DNA of 64,000 bases from an uncultured Actinomycetes bacterium (GTDB lineage: Bacteria; Actinomycetota; Thermoleophilia; UBA2241). Under the pieces are notes generated by a model. It was not told the DNA's origin. It made no database searches and saw nothing but the letters and a program-made list of their open reading frames with translations. How positions within the stretch are numbered: position 1 is the first letter of the stretch; each line of letters opens with the position of its first letter. Positions 27,639 to 39,019 of this stretch are shown here, in pieces. Position numbers and translations under genes: made by a program. The stretch lies in assembly GCA_963725665.1 (NCBI GenBank), contig CAVRZA010000003.1:96001-160000 (forward strand), given 5' to 3'.

Positions 27639-30248
27639 GTGACTGATGACCCCCTGAACGGCCGCCTCTTTCTCGTCGACGGCAACAGCCTCGCCTACCG
27701 CGCCTACTTCGCGCTGCCCGAGACGATCGCCACCAGTGAGGGCTTTCCCACCAACGCTCTGTACGGCTTCGCCGCCATGCTCCTCAAGGTGCTGGCGGAG
27801 TTCGCTCCCGCCAACGTCGTCGTGGCCTGGGACGCGCGCGAGCGCACCTTCCGGCACGAGGACTACGAGGAGTACAAGGCGGGGCGCAAGCCGATGCCGG
27901 ACTTGCTGCAGCAGCAGTGGCCGTACTTCGAGGACCTCGTCGCCGCCTTCGGCTTCCCGAGCCTGAAGAAGGAGGGCTTCGAGGCCGACGATATCCTCGC
28001 CACGCTGGCCGAGGAGGCCAAGCGCCAGGGGGTCAGGTCGGTGATCGTCACCGGCGACCGCGACATGCTGCAGCTCGTCGACGACGACATCTCGGTCATG
28101 GCCAACACCAAGGGAGTGAGCGAGGTCGTGGTCTATACGCCGCAGAAGGTCATCGAGCGCTACGGCGTCACGCCCGACAAGGTGCCCGACTTCATCGGCC
28201 TCAAGGGAGACAGCTCCGACAACATCCCGGGGATCCCCGGCGTGGGGGAGAAGACCGCGGCGCAGCTCGTGCAGCAGTTCGGTTCCGTGGAGAACCTCTA
28301 CGAGCACCTCTCTGAGGCCGGCTCGGCCAAGCGTCAGGCGCTTCTGGCCGAGCACGAGCAAGAGGCGCGCCTCTCAAAGCAGCTTGCGCAGCAGGTTACC
28401 GATGTGCCCCTCGAGGCCGACGTCGAGGCGCTCATCGGCGGCAGCGGTTACGCGCCGCCGCTGGCGAGCATCGAGGAGTTCTTCAACCGCTACGAGATGG
28501 CCAGCCTGGCGCGGCGGGTGCGCGAGCTCGTCGGCGCGGAGGCCGCGCCGCAGGCGCCGGCCTTCGCGCTCCCCAAGCTCGCGCTCGAAGAGGGCGCGGG
28601 ACCGCTGGCCGTGCTCCTCGAACACGGCGAGACGGCGCTCGCGGCCGTGCCGCTCGACGACGAGACGCTGAGCCTCGGCGGTCAGACGCTGGCGACGGCG
28701 GCCTACGCCGGCGGCGAGGCCGCCGTCGCCGCCGCCGTCGCCGACGACCAGTGGCCGGCGCTGTGGCGCTGCGCGGCCCATGTGATCGCCCACGACGCCA
28801 AGTCGCTGCCCGCCTTCGCCACGGCGCCGGCCGACCCCGCCTTCGATACGGCCATCGCCGCCTACCTGATCGCCCCCGAGCGCGTCGACCGCGACCTCTT
28901 TCGCCTCATGAAGGTGGGGGAGGAGACCCTCATCGAAGGGCCCCAGGCCGAGGCGAAGGCGGCCACGCGGGCCGTGCTCACATGGCGCCTCGCCGAGCAG
29001 CAACGGCGCAAGCTCGTCGAGCTCGATCTCGAGCGCCTCTTCCGCGAGATCGAGCTCCCGCTGGCGCGCATCCTGGCGCGCATGGAAGCAGTGGGCGTGA
29101 AGATGGACCCGTACCGTCTGGGAGAGATCACGGCGCGGGTGCGCGACCGCGTCGACGAGCTGACCGACCGCATCCACACGCTGGCCGGCGGGCCGTTCAC
29201 GATCGGCTCGCCGCAACAGCTCGGGGAGGTCCTCTTCTCGCGTCTCGGGTTGCCGCCGGCGCGCAAGGGCAAGACGGGCTTCTCGACCGACGCCTCGGTG
29301 CTCAAGACGCTGCGCGACCAGCACCCCATCGTGGCCGCCGTCGAGGAGTGGCGCGAGCTGACCAAGCTCCTCAACACGTACCTCGACCCGCTGCCGCAGC
29401 GTCTCGACCCGCAGACGGGGCGGCTGCACACGACCTTCAACCAGACCGTGGCCAGCACGGGCCGCCTCTCGAGCAGCAACCCGAACCTGCAGAACATCCC
29501 CATCAGGGGCGAGCTCGGGGCCGAGATCCGTAGCTGCTTCGTGGCCGAACCGGGGTGGCAGCTCATCGTCGCCGACTACTCGCAGATCGAGCTGCGCCTT
29601 CTGGCGTACCTCGCCGAAGAGCCTCCGCTGCTCGACTCGTTCCGGCGCGGCGAAGATGTCCACCGCGCCACGGCGGCCGCGGTGGCCGGGATCCCCCTGG
29701 AGAGCGTCACCAGCGAGCAGCGCGGTCGCGCCAAGGCGACCAACTTCGGCATCATCTACGGGCTCTCGGCGTTCGGCCTCTCCGAGCAGACCGGAATGGC
29801 GCGCGAGGAGGCCCAGGCCTTCATCGACGCCTACTACGAGCGCTACCCGCGGGTCGGGACGTACCGCCAGGAGATCATCCGCCGGGCGGCAGAAGAAGGG
29901 TACGTGACGACCGTCTTCGGCCGTCGCCGCTCGATACCCGAGCTGCGCGGGCACACCGTGCGCGAGCGCAACCTGGGTGAGCGCCTGGCGGTGAACACGG
30001 TGTTGCAGGGGAGCGCCGCCGACATCATCAAGGTGGCCATGATCCGCGCCGAAGAGGAGCTCGCCGCGCAAGGCTTGGGGACCCGCCTGGTGCTGCAGAT
30101 CCACGACGAGCTCATCTTCGAGGCGCCGCAAGACGAGGTGAAGGCTGCGGTGCCCCTGGTGCGCGAGGCGATGTGCGGCGCCTACGAGATGGATCCGCCG
30201 CTCGACGTGTCGATCGGCGTCGGCGAGAACTGGCTCGCGGCCAAGTAG
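27639..30248 (+). CDS. polA: DNA polymerase I
   Basis: LVDGNSLAYRA, EADD, TGDRD, GDSSDNIPG, TGRLSSSNPNLQNIP, DYSQIELR, KATNFGIIYG, QIHDEL; TACAAT 7 nt upstream. Confidence 0.97.
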   Translation: MTDDPLNGRLFLVDGNSLAYRAYFALPETIATSEGFPTNALYGFAAMLLKVLAEFAPANVVVAWDARERTFRHEDYEEYKAGRKPMPDLLQQQWPYFEDLVAAFGFPSLKKEGFEADDILATLAEEAKRQGVRSVIVTGDRDMLQLVDDDISVMANTKGVSEVVVYTPQKVIERYGVTPDKVPDFIGLKGDSSDNIPGIPGVGEKTAAQLVQQFGSVENLYEHLSEAGSAKRQALLAEHEQEARLSKQLAQQVTDVPLEADVEALIGGSGYAPPLASIEEFFNRYEMASLARRVRELVGAEAAPQAPAFALPKLALEEGAGPLAVLLEHGETALAAVPLDDETLSLGGQTLATAAYAGGEAAVAAAVADDQWPALWRCAAHVIAHDAKSLPAFATAPADPAFDTAIAAYLIAPERVDRDLFRLMKVGEETLIEGPQAEAKAATRAVLTWRLAEQQRRKLVELDLERLFREIELPLARILARMEAVGVKMDPYRLGEITARVRDRVDELTDRIHTLAGGPFTIGSPQQLGEVLFSRLGLPPARKGKTGFSTDASVLKTLRDQHPIVAAVEEWRELTKLLNTYLDPLPQRLDPQTGRLHTTFNQTVASTGRLSSSNPNLQNIPIRGELGAEIRSCFVAEPGWQLIVADYSQIELRLLAYLAEEPPLLDSFRRGEDVHRATAAAVAGIPLESVTSEQRGRAKATNFGIIYGLSAFGLSEQTGMAREEAQAFIDAYYERYPRVGTYRQEIIRRAAEEGYVTTVFGRRRSIPELRGHTVRERNLGERLAVNTVLQGSAADIIKVAMIRAEEELAAQGLGTRLVLQIHDELIFEAPQDEVKAAVPLVREAMCGAYEMDPPLDVSIGVGENWLAAK

Positions 30249-30476
30249 CACTCGCGGCGCGCGACGCGCTGGCGCAGTCGGCGCGGGCACGACGCACAGC
30301 CGGCCCCGTCGACGCCCGCGTGCCCAGTCACGCAGGGCCCGCGACGCGCCCGGCGTCCCCGTGCTTGTCGGGTGGTATACTCTCTCAGTTTGCCTCCGCT
30401 TGCGGCCCTTGGCGAAGGCGGACTCCCTGGCAGCGACCGGCCGCGCTTTTCTTTGATGGGAGGAATCGAATCGTTC

Positions 30477-32100
30477 ATGGCAGAGACAGAAGAGAACATC
30501 AAGATCGTTGAAGGGAGTGATGGCTACCTCAAAGAGGTCGACGGCGAGATAGTCCCCAACTACGACGCCACCATCAACATCTTCAACGAGGGCGATATCG
30601 TCACGGGCTTGGTGGTGCGCATCGACAAGGACGAGGTCCTGGTCGACATCGGCTACAAGTCCGAGGGCGTCATCCCGGTCAGCGAGCTGTCGATCCGCAA
30701 GTCCGTCAACACCGCCGAAGAGGTCACCATGGGCGAGGAGATCGACGCTCTGGTGATGCAGAAAGAAGATTCCGACGGCCGCCTCATCCTGTCGAAGAAG
30801 CGGGCCAAGTTCGAGAAGGCGTGGAAGCGCATCGAGGCCGCCCACGAGAGCGGCGAGCCTGTGCAGGGCACCGTCATCGAGGTCGTCAAGGGCGGCTTGA
30901 TCCTCGACCTGGGCGTGCGCGGCTTCCTGCCCGCCTCGCTGGTCGACATCCGTCGCGTGCAGGACCTGGGCGAGTACGTCGGCCAGGTGCTCTCCTGCCG
31001 CGTGATCGAGATGAACCGCAACCGCAACAACGTCGTGCTCTCTCGGCGCGCGGTGCTCGAGGAGGAGCGCAAGGAAGTCCGCCAGCAGATCATCGACGAG
31101 CTCAACGTGGGCGACGTCGTCGAGGGCACGATCTCCAATATCGTCGATTTCGGCGCCTTCGTCGACCTCGACGGCATCGACGGTCTGATCCACATCTCGG
31201 AGCTCTCCTGGACGCACATCAACCACCCCTCCGAGGTGCTGCAGGTCAATCAGAAGGTCAAGGTCAAGGTCCTCGACATAGACCGCGACCGTCAGCGTAT
31301 CTCGCTGGGCCTCAAGCAGACCCAGGCCGATCCCTGGGAGCAGATCGTCTCCGAGCACAACGTGGGCGACGTGGTCGAAGGCAAGGTGACGAAGATCGTC
31401 GCCTTCGGGGCGTTCGTCGAGATCTACGCCGGGATCGAAGGCCTGGTGCACATCTCCGAGCTCGCCAACCGTCACGTCGAGCGGCCCGACGAGGTCGTCT
31501 CGGTCGGTCAAGCCGTGCCGGTGAAGGTCATCGAGATCGACTCCGACCGCCGGCGGCTGAGCCTCAGCATCAAGCGCGTCGCCGAGGGTGAGACGCCCAT
31601 GCAGGCGGGGGCGATGCAGCCGGCCGAGGCGGAGGAGGCCGAAGAGGCCGAGCCGGCCGCGGCGGTCGAGGTCGAGGAGGCTTCCGACGAGGCGATCGTC
31701 GCCGAGGAGATCGCGGCCGAGGAGCTCGCAGCCGAGGCGATCGCGGCCGAGGAGCTCGAGCCGGCCTCGGTCGAGGAGACTCCCAGCCTCGGTCTGAGCG
31801 ACGAGGTCTTCCCGGCGGGCGCGGAGTTGGCGGCGGAGGCCGAGGCTATTGAGGCCGAGGCCGAGTCTGTCGAGCCTGAGGCCGAAGCGGTCGAGGCCGA
31901 AGCCGAGGTCGTGGAGCCTGAGGCCGAGAGCGGTCGAGGCCGAAACGGAGGCTCCCGCTGTCGAACCTGCCCCGGAGGCCGAAGCCGAGGTAGCAGCCGT
32001 GGCAGAAGCCGCAGTCGAGCCTACGGCCGAAGAGGCTGAAGCCGCCGCACCCGGGGAGGGCGAGGCGGACGCCGGCGAGGCGACGGAGGCGGACAGCTAG
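30477..32100 (+). CDS. rpsA: 30S ribosomal protein S1 with long acidic tail; +1 frameshift near 31928
   Basis: VDIGYKSEG, four S1 domains (RGFLPAS, DGLIHISE, EGLVHISE); the Ala/Glu tail continues in the +1 frame to TAG 32100. Confidence 0.95.
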
Positions 32101-32144
32101 GACTTCGGCCGTCGCCGGGCAGCGGCGGCGGGCGGTCATCATCC

Positions 32145-32792
32145 ATGGCGAAGAGAGACATCCCCCGTCTTGCGGTCACGGGCGGCATAGGGTCGGGCAA
32201 GTCGACGGCCAGCGCGTTCCTCGATGAGCTCGGCGCCTCCTGCGTATCGACTGACGTGCTCGTGCACGCGCTCCTCTCGCGGGCGGAGATCGTCGAGGAG
32301 CTGCACCGGCAGTTCGGCGACAAGGTGATCGTCAACGGCGATATCGACCGGGCCGCGCTGGCGCGCGTCGTCTTCCGCGACGTCGACGCCCTCGACCGGC
32401 TCGAGGCCCTGTTGCACCCGCACGTGAAGCGGCTGGTCGACGAGTGGGCGAGGGAGCAGGAACGCACGCCCTCGCCGCCGCCGTTGATCGTGGCAGAGGT
32501 GCCGCTCCTCTTCGAGAGCGGGTTCGACCGCGAGTTCGACTATGTGTTGCTCGTCACCGCTCCAGAGGCGGTGCGCCGCCGCCGCCTCGCCGACAAGCTG
32601 ACCGCCTCGGATTTCGGCCGCCGTTCGCAGCGGCAGCTCGATGAGAAGGTCAAGGCGGCCCGCAGCGACTTCGTCGTCGACAACTCAGGCTCGCGAGCGC
32701 GGCTCAAGGAGGCGCTCGCCGAAGTCTACGCGTTCATCATCGCGGCGGCCGACGAGCGCCGGTCGGCGCGCGCCGCCAGACGCGGGCGTTAG
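32145..32792 (+). CDS. coaE: dephospho-CoA kinase
   Basis: TGGIGSGKS, IDRAAL, LLHP, EVPLLFE; follows rpsA. Confidence 0.95.
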   Translation: MAKRDIPRLAVTGGIGSGKSTASAFLDELGASCVSTDVLVHALLSRAEIVEELHRQFGDKVIVNGDIDRAALARVVFRDVDALDRLEALLHPHVKRLVDEWAREQERTPSPPPLIVAEVPLLFESGFDREFDYVLLVTAPEAVRRRRLADKLTASDFGRRSQRQLDEKVKAARSDFVVDNSGSRARLKEALAEVYAFIIAAADERRSARAARRGR

Positions 32793-32797
32793 GAGCC

Positions 32798-33502
32798 TTG
32801 CGGCGCGCCGTCATCGTCGGCGCCGTGGTCGTCGTGGCGGCGGTCTTCCTGTTCGTGCCGCTCATGCACGTGGAAGAGGCGCGCACGCTCGCCGAGCGTG
32901 CGCGCCTGATGTCGATCCTGCCGGCCTGGTACGTGCGCGTCATCTACCCCCTGCGCTACTCATCCGAGATCGGTGCCGGCGCGCGACGCAACGGCCTCAA
33001 CCCCGCGCTGGTGGCTGCGGTCATCAACGAGGAGAGCGCGTTCGACGCCGACGTCACGTCTCCGCAGGGGGCGGTGGGCCTCATGCAGGTGCTGCCCTCG
33101 ACGGCTGAGGAGATCGCGCGCGTGAGCGGCGGCGAGAAGTTCGTGATGCGCGACTTGCAGAAGCCGGGTGTTAACGTGCTCTACGGCAGCTACTACCTGC
33201 GGCGGCTGCTCGACCACTACGAGGGCTCGGAGCTCGAGGCGATCGCCGCCTACAACGCCGGGCAGGCCAACGTCGACCGCTGGGTCACCGCCGCGCGGGC
33301 GGCTGACCGGCCGTTCGATGTACGCGCCATCCCGTACGGCGAGACACGCGACTACGTCGCGGAGGTCGAACGCGTGCGCGCGATCTACGACCGCGTCTAC
33401 GGCGCCGGGCAGCTGACGGGCCGGGCGGACGTCAGCCGGTGCGGGCCGACTCCATCGTCCTGGCCGGCGCACCGCCGCGGCGCGGGAGAAGAAGGATGGT
33501 AG
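32798..33502 (+). CDS. lytic transglycosylase (SLT domain)
   Basis: N-terminal TM, AVINEES, GAVGLMQV, AAYNAG, IPYGETRDYV; C-terminal end uncertain. Confidence 0.9.
   Translation: MRRAVIVGAVVVVAAVFLFVPLMHVEEARTLAERARLMSILPAWYVRVIYPLRYSSEIGAGARRNGLNPALVAAVINEESAFDADVTSPQGAVGLMQVLPSTAEEIARVSGGEKFVMRDLQKPGVNVLYGSYYLRRLLDHYEGSELEAIAAYNAGQANVDRWVTAARAADRPFDVRAIPYGETRDYVAEVERVRAIYDRVYGAGQLTGRADVSRCGPTPSSWPAHRRGAGEEGW
33375..33420 (+). repeat. left copy of diverged direct repeat (slt 3' end)
   Basis: 33/43 aligned identities (3-nt gap) with 44418-44460 by manual alignment. Confidence 0.6.
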
Positions 33503-33714
33503 AGCGCGTGGTAGGGCGGATGAGCAGGAATGGAAGGTGTGCGATCGAGATGACCACGCATCACTGTGCTGTTCGACGCACCGACGGCCGCGATCGGCAT
33601 CGCCACGGCGTCTCGACACGATAGGCTGCGGACTATGACACCTCGATGAGGTCGAACGGTTCTGGTAGAGTGCACTAGTCGACGCCAAAGCGCACCGGTC
33701 GACGGGGGAATGCC

Positions 33715-34007
33715 ATGGGGACGGCAACTGACGAGATCACGATCCGCTTCTTCGCCAGCTTGAAGGACGTCTTCAAGCAGAAGGAGGCCGGGGTCAGCAC
33801 CGACGAGGTGTGCACCGTCCATGAGGCGCTGGACCACGTGTGCACGACACGCGAGCGTCGGCGCGGAGTGTTCACCGACTCAGGTGCGCTTCAGCCGACG
33901 TACTGGTCCTGGTCAACGGCCGCAATATCGTCTTCCTGGAAGATCTCGCCACGCCGCTGCACGGCGGCGATGTCGTGGCGATATTCCCGCCGGTCAAAGG
34001 TGGCTGA
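33715..34007 (+). pseudogene. moaD: MoaD/ThiS-family ubiquitin-like sulfur carrier, frameshifted near 33897
   Basis: IRFFASLKD... then shifted frame VLVLVNGRNI..L....LHGGDVVAIFPPVKGG*. Confidence 0.8.
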
Positions 34008-34133
34008 GCAGCGACAGCAAGCAGACAGTCCGCGGGAGGTGAGCGAGTCAGAATAGGTGGGGCCAATCAATCGCGGAAATGCGGCATGGCGGTGGGATCG
34101 GCATGCCGCGTCTGACGAGTCAGGAGGTCAACT

Positions 34134-34630
34134 GTGACCAAGATGATCAACGTCGACATCGAGAAGTGCACCGGGTGCGGCACCTGCGAGCTGATGTGCT
34201 CGTTCAGGCACCACGGCGAGTTCAACCCGCGCAAGGCGCGCATCCACAAGACCATCTTCCATGACGAGCAGATCGCCGTCCCGGTCCTCTGCCGGCAGTG
34301 CGAGGACGCCTGGTGCGCAGCGCATCTGTCCGTCCGGGGCCATCACGCAGGGCGTCGACCACGCTCACGCGGCGCCACGGTGGTCACAGGTCGACGAGAG
34401 ACGCTGCGTGGGCTGCAAGATGTGCATGCTCGCCTGCCCGTACGGCAGCATCGAGGTCGGCATCGAGGGTGTCGCCGAGAAGTGCGACCTCTGTGACGGC
34501 GAGCCTCAGTGCGTGAAGTTCTGCGCCGGGGGGCCCTGAGCTTCGATCGACTCCGACGCGGAGCATCCTCGACCGCAAGCAGAAGGTGGCCGCTCACGCT
34601 GGCTAACCGCCTATCGAGGAGGGTGAGTGA
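34134..34630 (+). pseudogene. 4Fe-4S dicluster (AOR small/electron-transfer subunit), multiply frameshifted
   Basis: CTGCGTCELMC, CRQCEDAWC..ICP, CVGCKMCMLACPYG, KCDLC.GEPQCVKFC across frames. Confidence 0.85.
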
Positions 34631-34632
34631 TC

Positions 34633-36285
34633 ATGTACGGCTGGACTGGGAAGAGTCCTGCGCGTCGATCTCTCCAAGCCAGAGGTCACGGTCGAGGACC
34701 TCGACCGCGACACGGCCAAGCGACTACATCGGCGGTCTCGGCCTCGGGGTCGAAGTACCTCTACGACGAGATCGACCCGGCGGTCGATGCCTATCTCGCC
34801 CGAGAACAAGCTGCTCTTCGTCACCGGTCCTCTGACCGGCACCGGCGCTCCGGCCGGCAACCGCTACGTGGTGGTGACCAAGTCGCCGCTGACCGGCGCT
34901 ATCGCGAACTCCGACCGCCGCGGGCGAGTTCGCCACGCAACCTCAAGTACGCCGGCTACGACATGATCATCTTCGAGGGCAAGGCCGAGAAGCCCGGTCT
35001 ACCTGTGGATCGACGACGACGCGAGTGGAGCTTCGGCGACGCGGACGGCATCTGGGGCAAAGACGCCGAGGAGACCGAAAAGGCGCTCATCGCCGCCACG
35101 GCTCCCGACGCCAAGGTGGCCTGCATCGGCCCCGCCGGAGAGAAGCTGGTGCGCTTCGCCTGCGTGATGAACGACATGGGCCGCGCGGCCGGTCGGTCCG
35201 GGGTGGGTGCGGTCATGGGTTCGAAGAACCTGAAGGCGGTCGCCGTGCGCGGCACCAAGGGCGTCAAGGTCGCCGACCAGCGGCGCTTCTACGCAGGCGG
35301 TCGAGAGCTGCGTACAAGACCTCGGACGACCACTACGTGGAGGAGTTCCACCAGACCGGCACCCCGGGGTGCTCGCCCTGGTGCACGACGTTCGGGGCGC
35401 TGCCCGACGCGGAACTTCCAGCACCGGCGTCAACGCGCACTACGAGAAGATCAGCGGCGAGCGCGCTGGCCGACACGCTCTCGGTGCGCAAGCGCATGGG
35501 CGTGGGCTGCCCGGCCTGCCCGATGGCCTGCGGACGGGTCACGCAAGGTGAACGAATCCCGACTTCGCCGGGCATCGGCGCGGGACCGGAGTACGAGACC
35601 ATCGGCATGTTCGGCTCGAACTGCTACACGATCAACTTCGAGCGCGGTCTGCCAAGGCCAACTTCATCTGCAACGAGATGGGCATGGATACGATCTCCAC
35701 GGGCAACTCCATCGCGTGCGCCATGGAGATGTTCGAGCGCGGCCTCATTCCGCAAGAAGACATCGGCTTCGCCCTGACCTTCGGCGACGCCAACGCTATG
35801 GTGAAGCTGACTGAGATGATCGCGAAGCGAGAGGGCTTCGGCGATGTGCTCGCTGAGGGCTCCTACCGCATGTGCGAAAAGTACGGGCACACCGAGTACT
35901 TCATGGGTGTGAAGAAGCAGGAGTTCCCCAGCTACGACGGCCGCGCCCTGCAGGGCATGGCGCTCGGCTACGCCACGCAGCCGCGCGGCGCGTGCCACAT
36001 CCGCGGCGAGGCTGCAGGACCTCGATCTGTACGGCGTCAGGTCAACTGGAGCATCACCGCGCGACCGCGGCATGGAGCGTCGTCGACCCTCTACGCTGGG
36101 ACGACAAGCCTGCCGCTGGCGAAGGACGTGCAGGATTGGTTCTGCATGATCGACTCCTGCGGGCGTGTGCAACTTCGTCTGGTTCATGGGCTGCGACGAA
36201 GACCAGATGCGCGCTCTCCTAGAGTCGGCCACGGGCATCGACATGGGTGGCTACGAGGGCTTCATGCACACCGGAGACCGGCTGA
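34633..36285 (+). pseudogene. aor: tungsten aldehyde:ferredoxin oxidoreductase (AOR/WOR) large subunit, frameshifted and 3'-truncated
   Basis: MYGWTGK, TKSPLTG, LKYAGYD, CIGPAGE, RAAGRSGVGAVMGSKNLKA, CPACPMAC, PEYET, GMDTISTG, RGACH; breaks off after MHTGDRL. Confidence 0.9.
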
Positions 36286-36289
36286 CTGG

Positions 36290-37169
36290 TGCTTGCTTTC
36301 CGGGGTCGTCCTGAATGGGGTCGGCCCACCAACGTCAACAATGTCGAGACGTGGGCAACCGTGCCGCACATCGTGCTCAAAGGCGCGGACTGGTTCCGTT
36401 CCATAGGCACTGAGGGCTCCAAGGGGACCAAGATCTTCTCGCTCGTCGGCAAGGTGAACAACACCGGCTTCGTCGAGGTGCCGATGGGCGTCAGCTTACG
36501 CGAGATGGTCTTCGACATCAGAAGCAGCATCCAAGGCAGCAACGTCTTCGAGGCCGTCCAGACGAAGGCCCGTCCGGAGGCTGTCTGCCGGCGGAGAAGC
36601 TCGACGCACCGGTGGACTTCGACACGCTGCTGGCCGAGGGCGCCATGATGGGGTCCGGCGGCATGATCGTCATGGACGAAGGCACCTGCATGGTGGATAT
36701 GGCGAAGTATTTCTTGCACTTCCTCGCCTCCGAGTCCTGCGGCAACTGCACGTCGTGCCGAGAGGGCCTTCTTCGCCTCCATGAGCTGCTCGGAGATATC
36801 ACGGAAGGCCGCGGTTCCCGCGACACCATCGCCCTCGTCGAAGAGATCGCCGACACCGTTCGGAGCGCCTCCATGTGCGCGCTCGGAACGACCGCACTCA
36901 ACCCGGTGCTCTCCACGCTGACCTACTTCCGCGACGAGTACCTCGCGCATGTGGACGACAGTCGCTGTCCGGCCGGCGTGTGCAAGGCACTCATCAGCTT
37001 CACCATCGATCGCGAACTCTGCAACGTCTGCACGCTGTGCGCTCTGCGTTGCCCACAGGAGGCGATCGCCAGCGAGAAGAAGCAGCCCTACACCATCGAC
37101 CAGGAGCTGTGCATCAAATGTGGCATCTGCAAGGACGTATGCCGGCGCGATGCCGTTCTCGTGCAGTAG
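36290..37169 (+). pseudogene. C-terminal half of NuoF/HydB-like (BfuB) NADH-binding subunit
   Basis: PTNVNNVET, GTKIFSL, MMGSGG, ESCGNCTSCREG, HVDDSRCPAGVC, two C-terminal 4Fe-4S motifs; N-terminal half missing; frameshift near 36565. Confidence 0.88.
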
Positions 37170-37179
37170 GAGGGCAAGC

Positions 37180-37945
37180 GTGGACGTCACACTGAGGATC
37201 GACGACGCCGAGGTGACTGCGCCGGCAGAGGCGGGTCTTCTCGCTGTGGCGCGACGGGCCGGCTATGACATCCCGGCGCTGTGTCACCACGAGGCCGTGC
37301 CCGACATCGCGGCCTGCCGCCTCTGCCTGGTGGAGGTGCGTCAACCCCTGGCGCACCGAGCCGCTGCTCACCACGTCCTGCAACTTTCCGGTGGTGGCCG
37401 ACCTGGACATCGTGACGACTCGCCGCGCGTCCGGCGACATCGCGTCATGAACCTCCAACTCCTGCTGCCGTACGCCCCGGAAGCGCCGGCGCTGCAAGAC
37501 CTTGCCGCCCAGCTCGGTGTGACGTACCCGCTGTTCGCCCCGGTTGCCGACGCGCCGCTGCCCGGCTGCATCCTCTGTGAGCTGTGTGTGCGGGTGTGCT
37601 CTTCCGTCGGCTACAACGCGCTATCCTCGCTCGTCCGTGGCGACCTCAAGAGCGTGGGCCCGCCGTTCGGTCAGGCCGGCGTCACGGACTGCGTAGGCTG
37701 CGGCTCGTGTCAGTCGGTGTGTCTGCACACAGTGCATCTCAATGGAGGACACCTCTATCACGCGCACCATATGGGGCCGCACCTTCGACTTCTTCACGTG
37801 CCAGCGCTGCAAAGCCCCGTTCATGACCAAGGCCCATCGCGATGCGACCGCCGCCCGGGGCGATTTGCCGGCCGACTACTACGCCCTTTGCGATGCCTGC
37901 AAGCGGGTCGTCCTCAGCGAGAGCCTCGTGACCGCCGCCAGGTGA
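37180..37945 (+). pseudogene. NuoG/HydA N-terminal-like (BfuA) 2Fe-2S/4Fe-4S subunit, frameshifted
   Basis: IPALCHH...ACRLCLVE..TSC, CILCELCVRVC, CVGCGSCQSVC, CQRC..CDAC; GGAGG RBS. Confidence 0.8.
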
Positions 37946-38185
37946 GGCCTTGGCGGTCGTTCGCTCCGACCTGTGGGTGGCGGCGTGGCTCTCGGGCCAA
38001 CTTCTCTCTAGGCTGCGGAACCGACTGCATCCACTGAGCGGGCCATACCGGCGTCGCCGGCGATCGCCGGCGCGATGAGGCTGCAGATGTTAGCCTCGCC
38101 GCTGGCGGTTCTGCGAACGCATCGGCTTGGCACAAACGCCCGGGTGCCTGCACTGTACGTGCCCCGTGGGGGATAGGAGGCGGAA

Positions 38186-39019
38186 GTGGACGAGCAGCCT
38201 GAGAGGGGGCCAGCGCCTTCGCCCTCTGATGCGAGCCGGCAGGCGGTGGGCCGCGATCCGGCGTCGCCGAGCGACGCTCGCTACCTGCGGCACCTGATCA
38301 TCCCCGAGCTGGGAGAGTCGGCGCAGGAGAAGATCCGCTCCGCCAGGGTCGCGGTGGTGGGCGCGGGGGGGCTGGGCTCCCCCTGTCTCGACTACCTGGC
38401 GGCGGCCGGCGTAGGACGCCTCGGCGTAGTCGACTGTGGGCGCGTGGAGCTCTCCAATCTCCAGCGCCAGGTGATCCATTTCACGGGCGACATCGGCCGC
38501 GCGAAGACCGACAGCGCGGCCGAGAAGCTGACCGCGCTGAACCCCGAAGTGGAAGTGGTCCGGCACGACATCCTGCTCGATCCGACGACGGCGGACGCGC
38601 TCGTCGACGCCTACGACATCATCGTGGCGGCGGTCGATAACCTCGAGGCCCGCTATGCCCTCAACGATGCCTGTGTGCGGGCGGGCAAAGCGCTCGTGGA
38701 GGGCGCGATCTTCCACTTCACGGGGTCCGTGATGATGATCCTGGGTGGATCCTCAGCCTGCTACCGTTGTCTGTCTCCAGAAGCCCCGAAGGTCGCCTCC
38801 GGGGTACCCGAAGGCCCCCTCGGGGTGTTTGGTCCCGTTCTCGGCGTCATCGGAGCTATCCAAGCCAGCGAGGTCATCAAGTTGATCGCCGGCTGCGGCC
38901 GTCCACTCGTCAACAGGATGCTCTGGCTGGATGTCCTGGACATGACGTGTGATGAGATCGAGATCGCACGCCAGCCGCAGTGTCCCGCGTGCGGCGACCG
39001 GCGCGCGTCGGCAGAGTAG
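38186..39019 (+). CDS. moeB: HesA/MoeB/ThiF-family E1-like adenylyltransferase
   Basis: RYLRHLI, VGAGGLGSP, VELSNLQRQ, CYRC, CPAC. Confidence 0.9.
   Translation: MDEQPERGPAPSPSDASRQAVGRDPASPSDARYLRHLIIPELGESAQEKIRSARVAVVGAGGLGSPCLDYLAAAGVGRLGVVDCGRVELSNLQRQVIHFTGDIGRAKTDSAAEKLTALNPEVEVVRHDILLDPTTADALVDAYDIIVAAVDNLEARYALNDACVRAGKALVEGAIFHFTGSVMMILGGSSACYRCLSPEAPKVASGVPEGPLGVFGPVLGVIGAIQASEVIKLIAGCGRPLVNRMLWLDVLDMTCDEIEIARQPQCPACGDRRASAE

Noticed and set aside
28374-31511. 1045-aa minus-strand ORF (likewise 14651-17461, 11609-13918, 49839-51728, 57610-59592)
   Set aside because: Stop-poor shadow frames of GC-rich genes on the opposite or alternative frame.
33503-33714. Moco/Wco riboswitch upstream of moaD-aor
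   Set aside because: No CTCCGAG/CCTAAG/GGAAAC/GCCTCCC consensus elements are visible.
34530-34545. Selenocysteine read-through at TGA in the 4Fe-4S subunit
   Set aside because: The TGA is out of frame after an extra G in a G-run; the protein continues as GALSF in the shifted frame.
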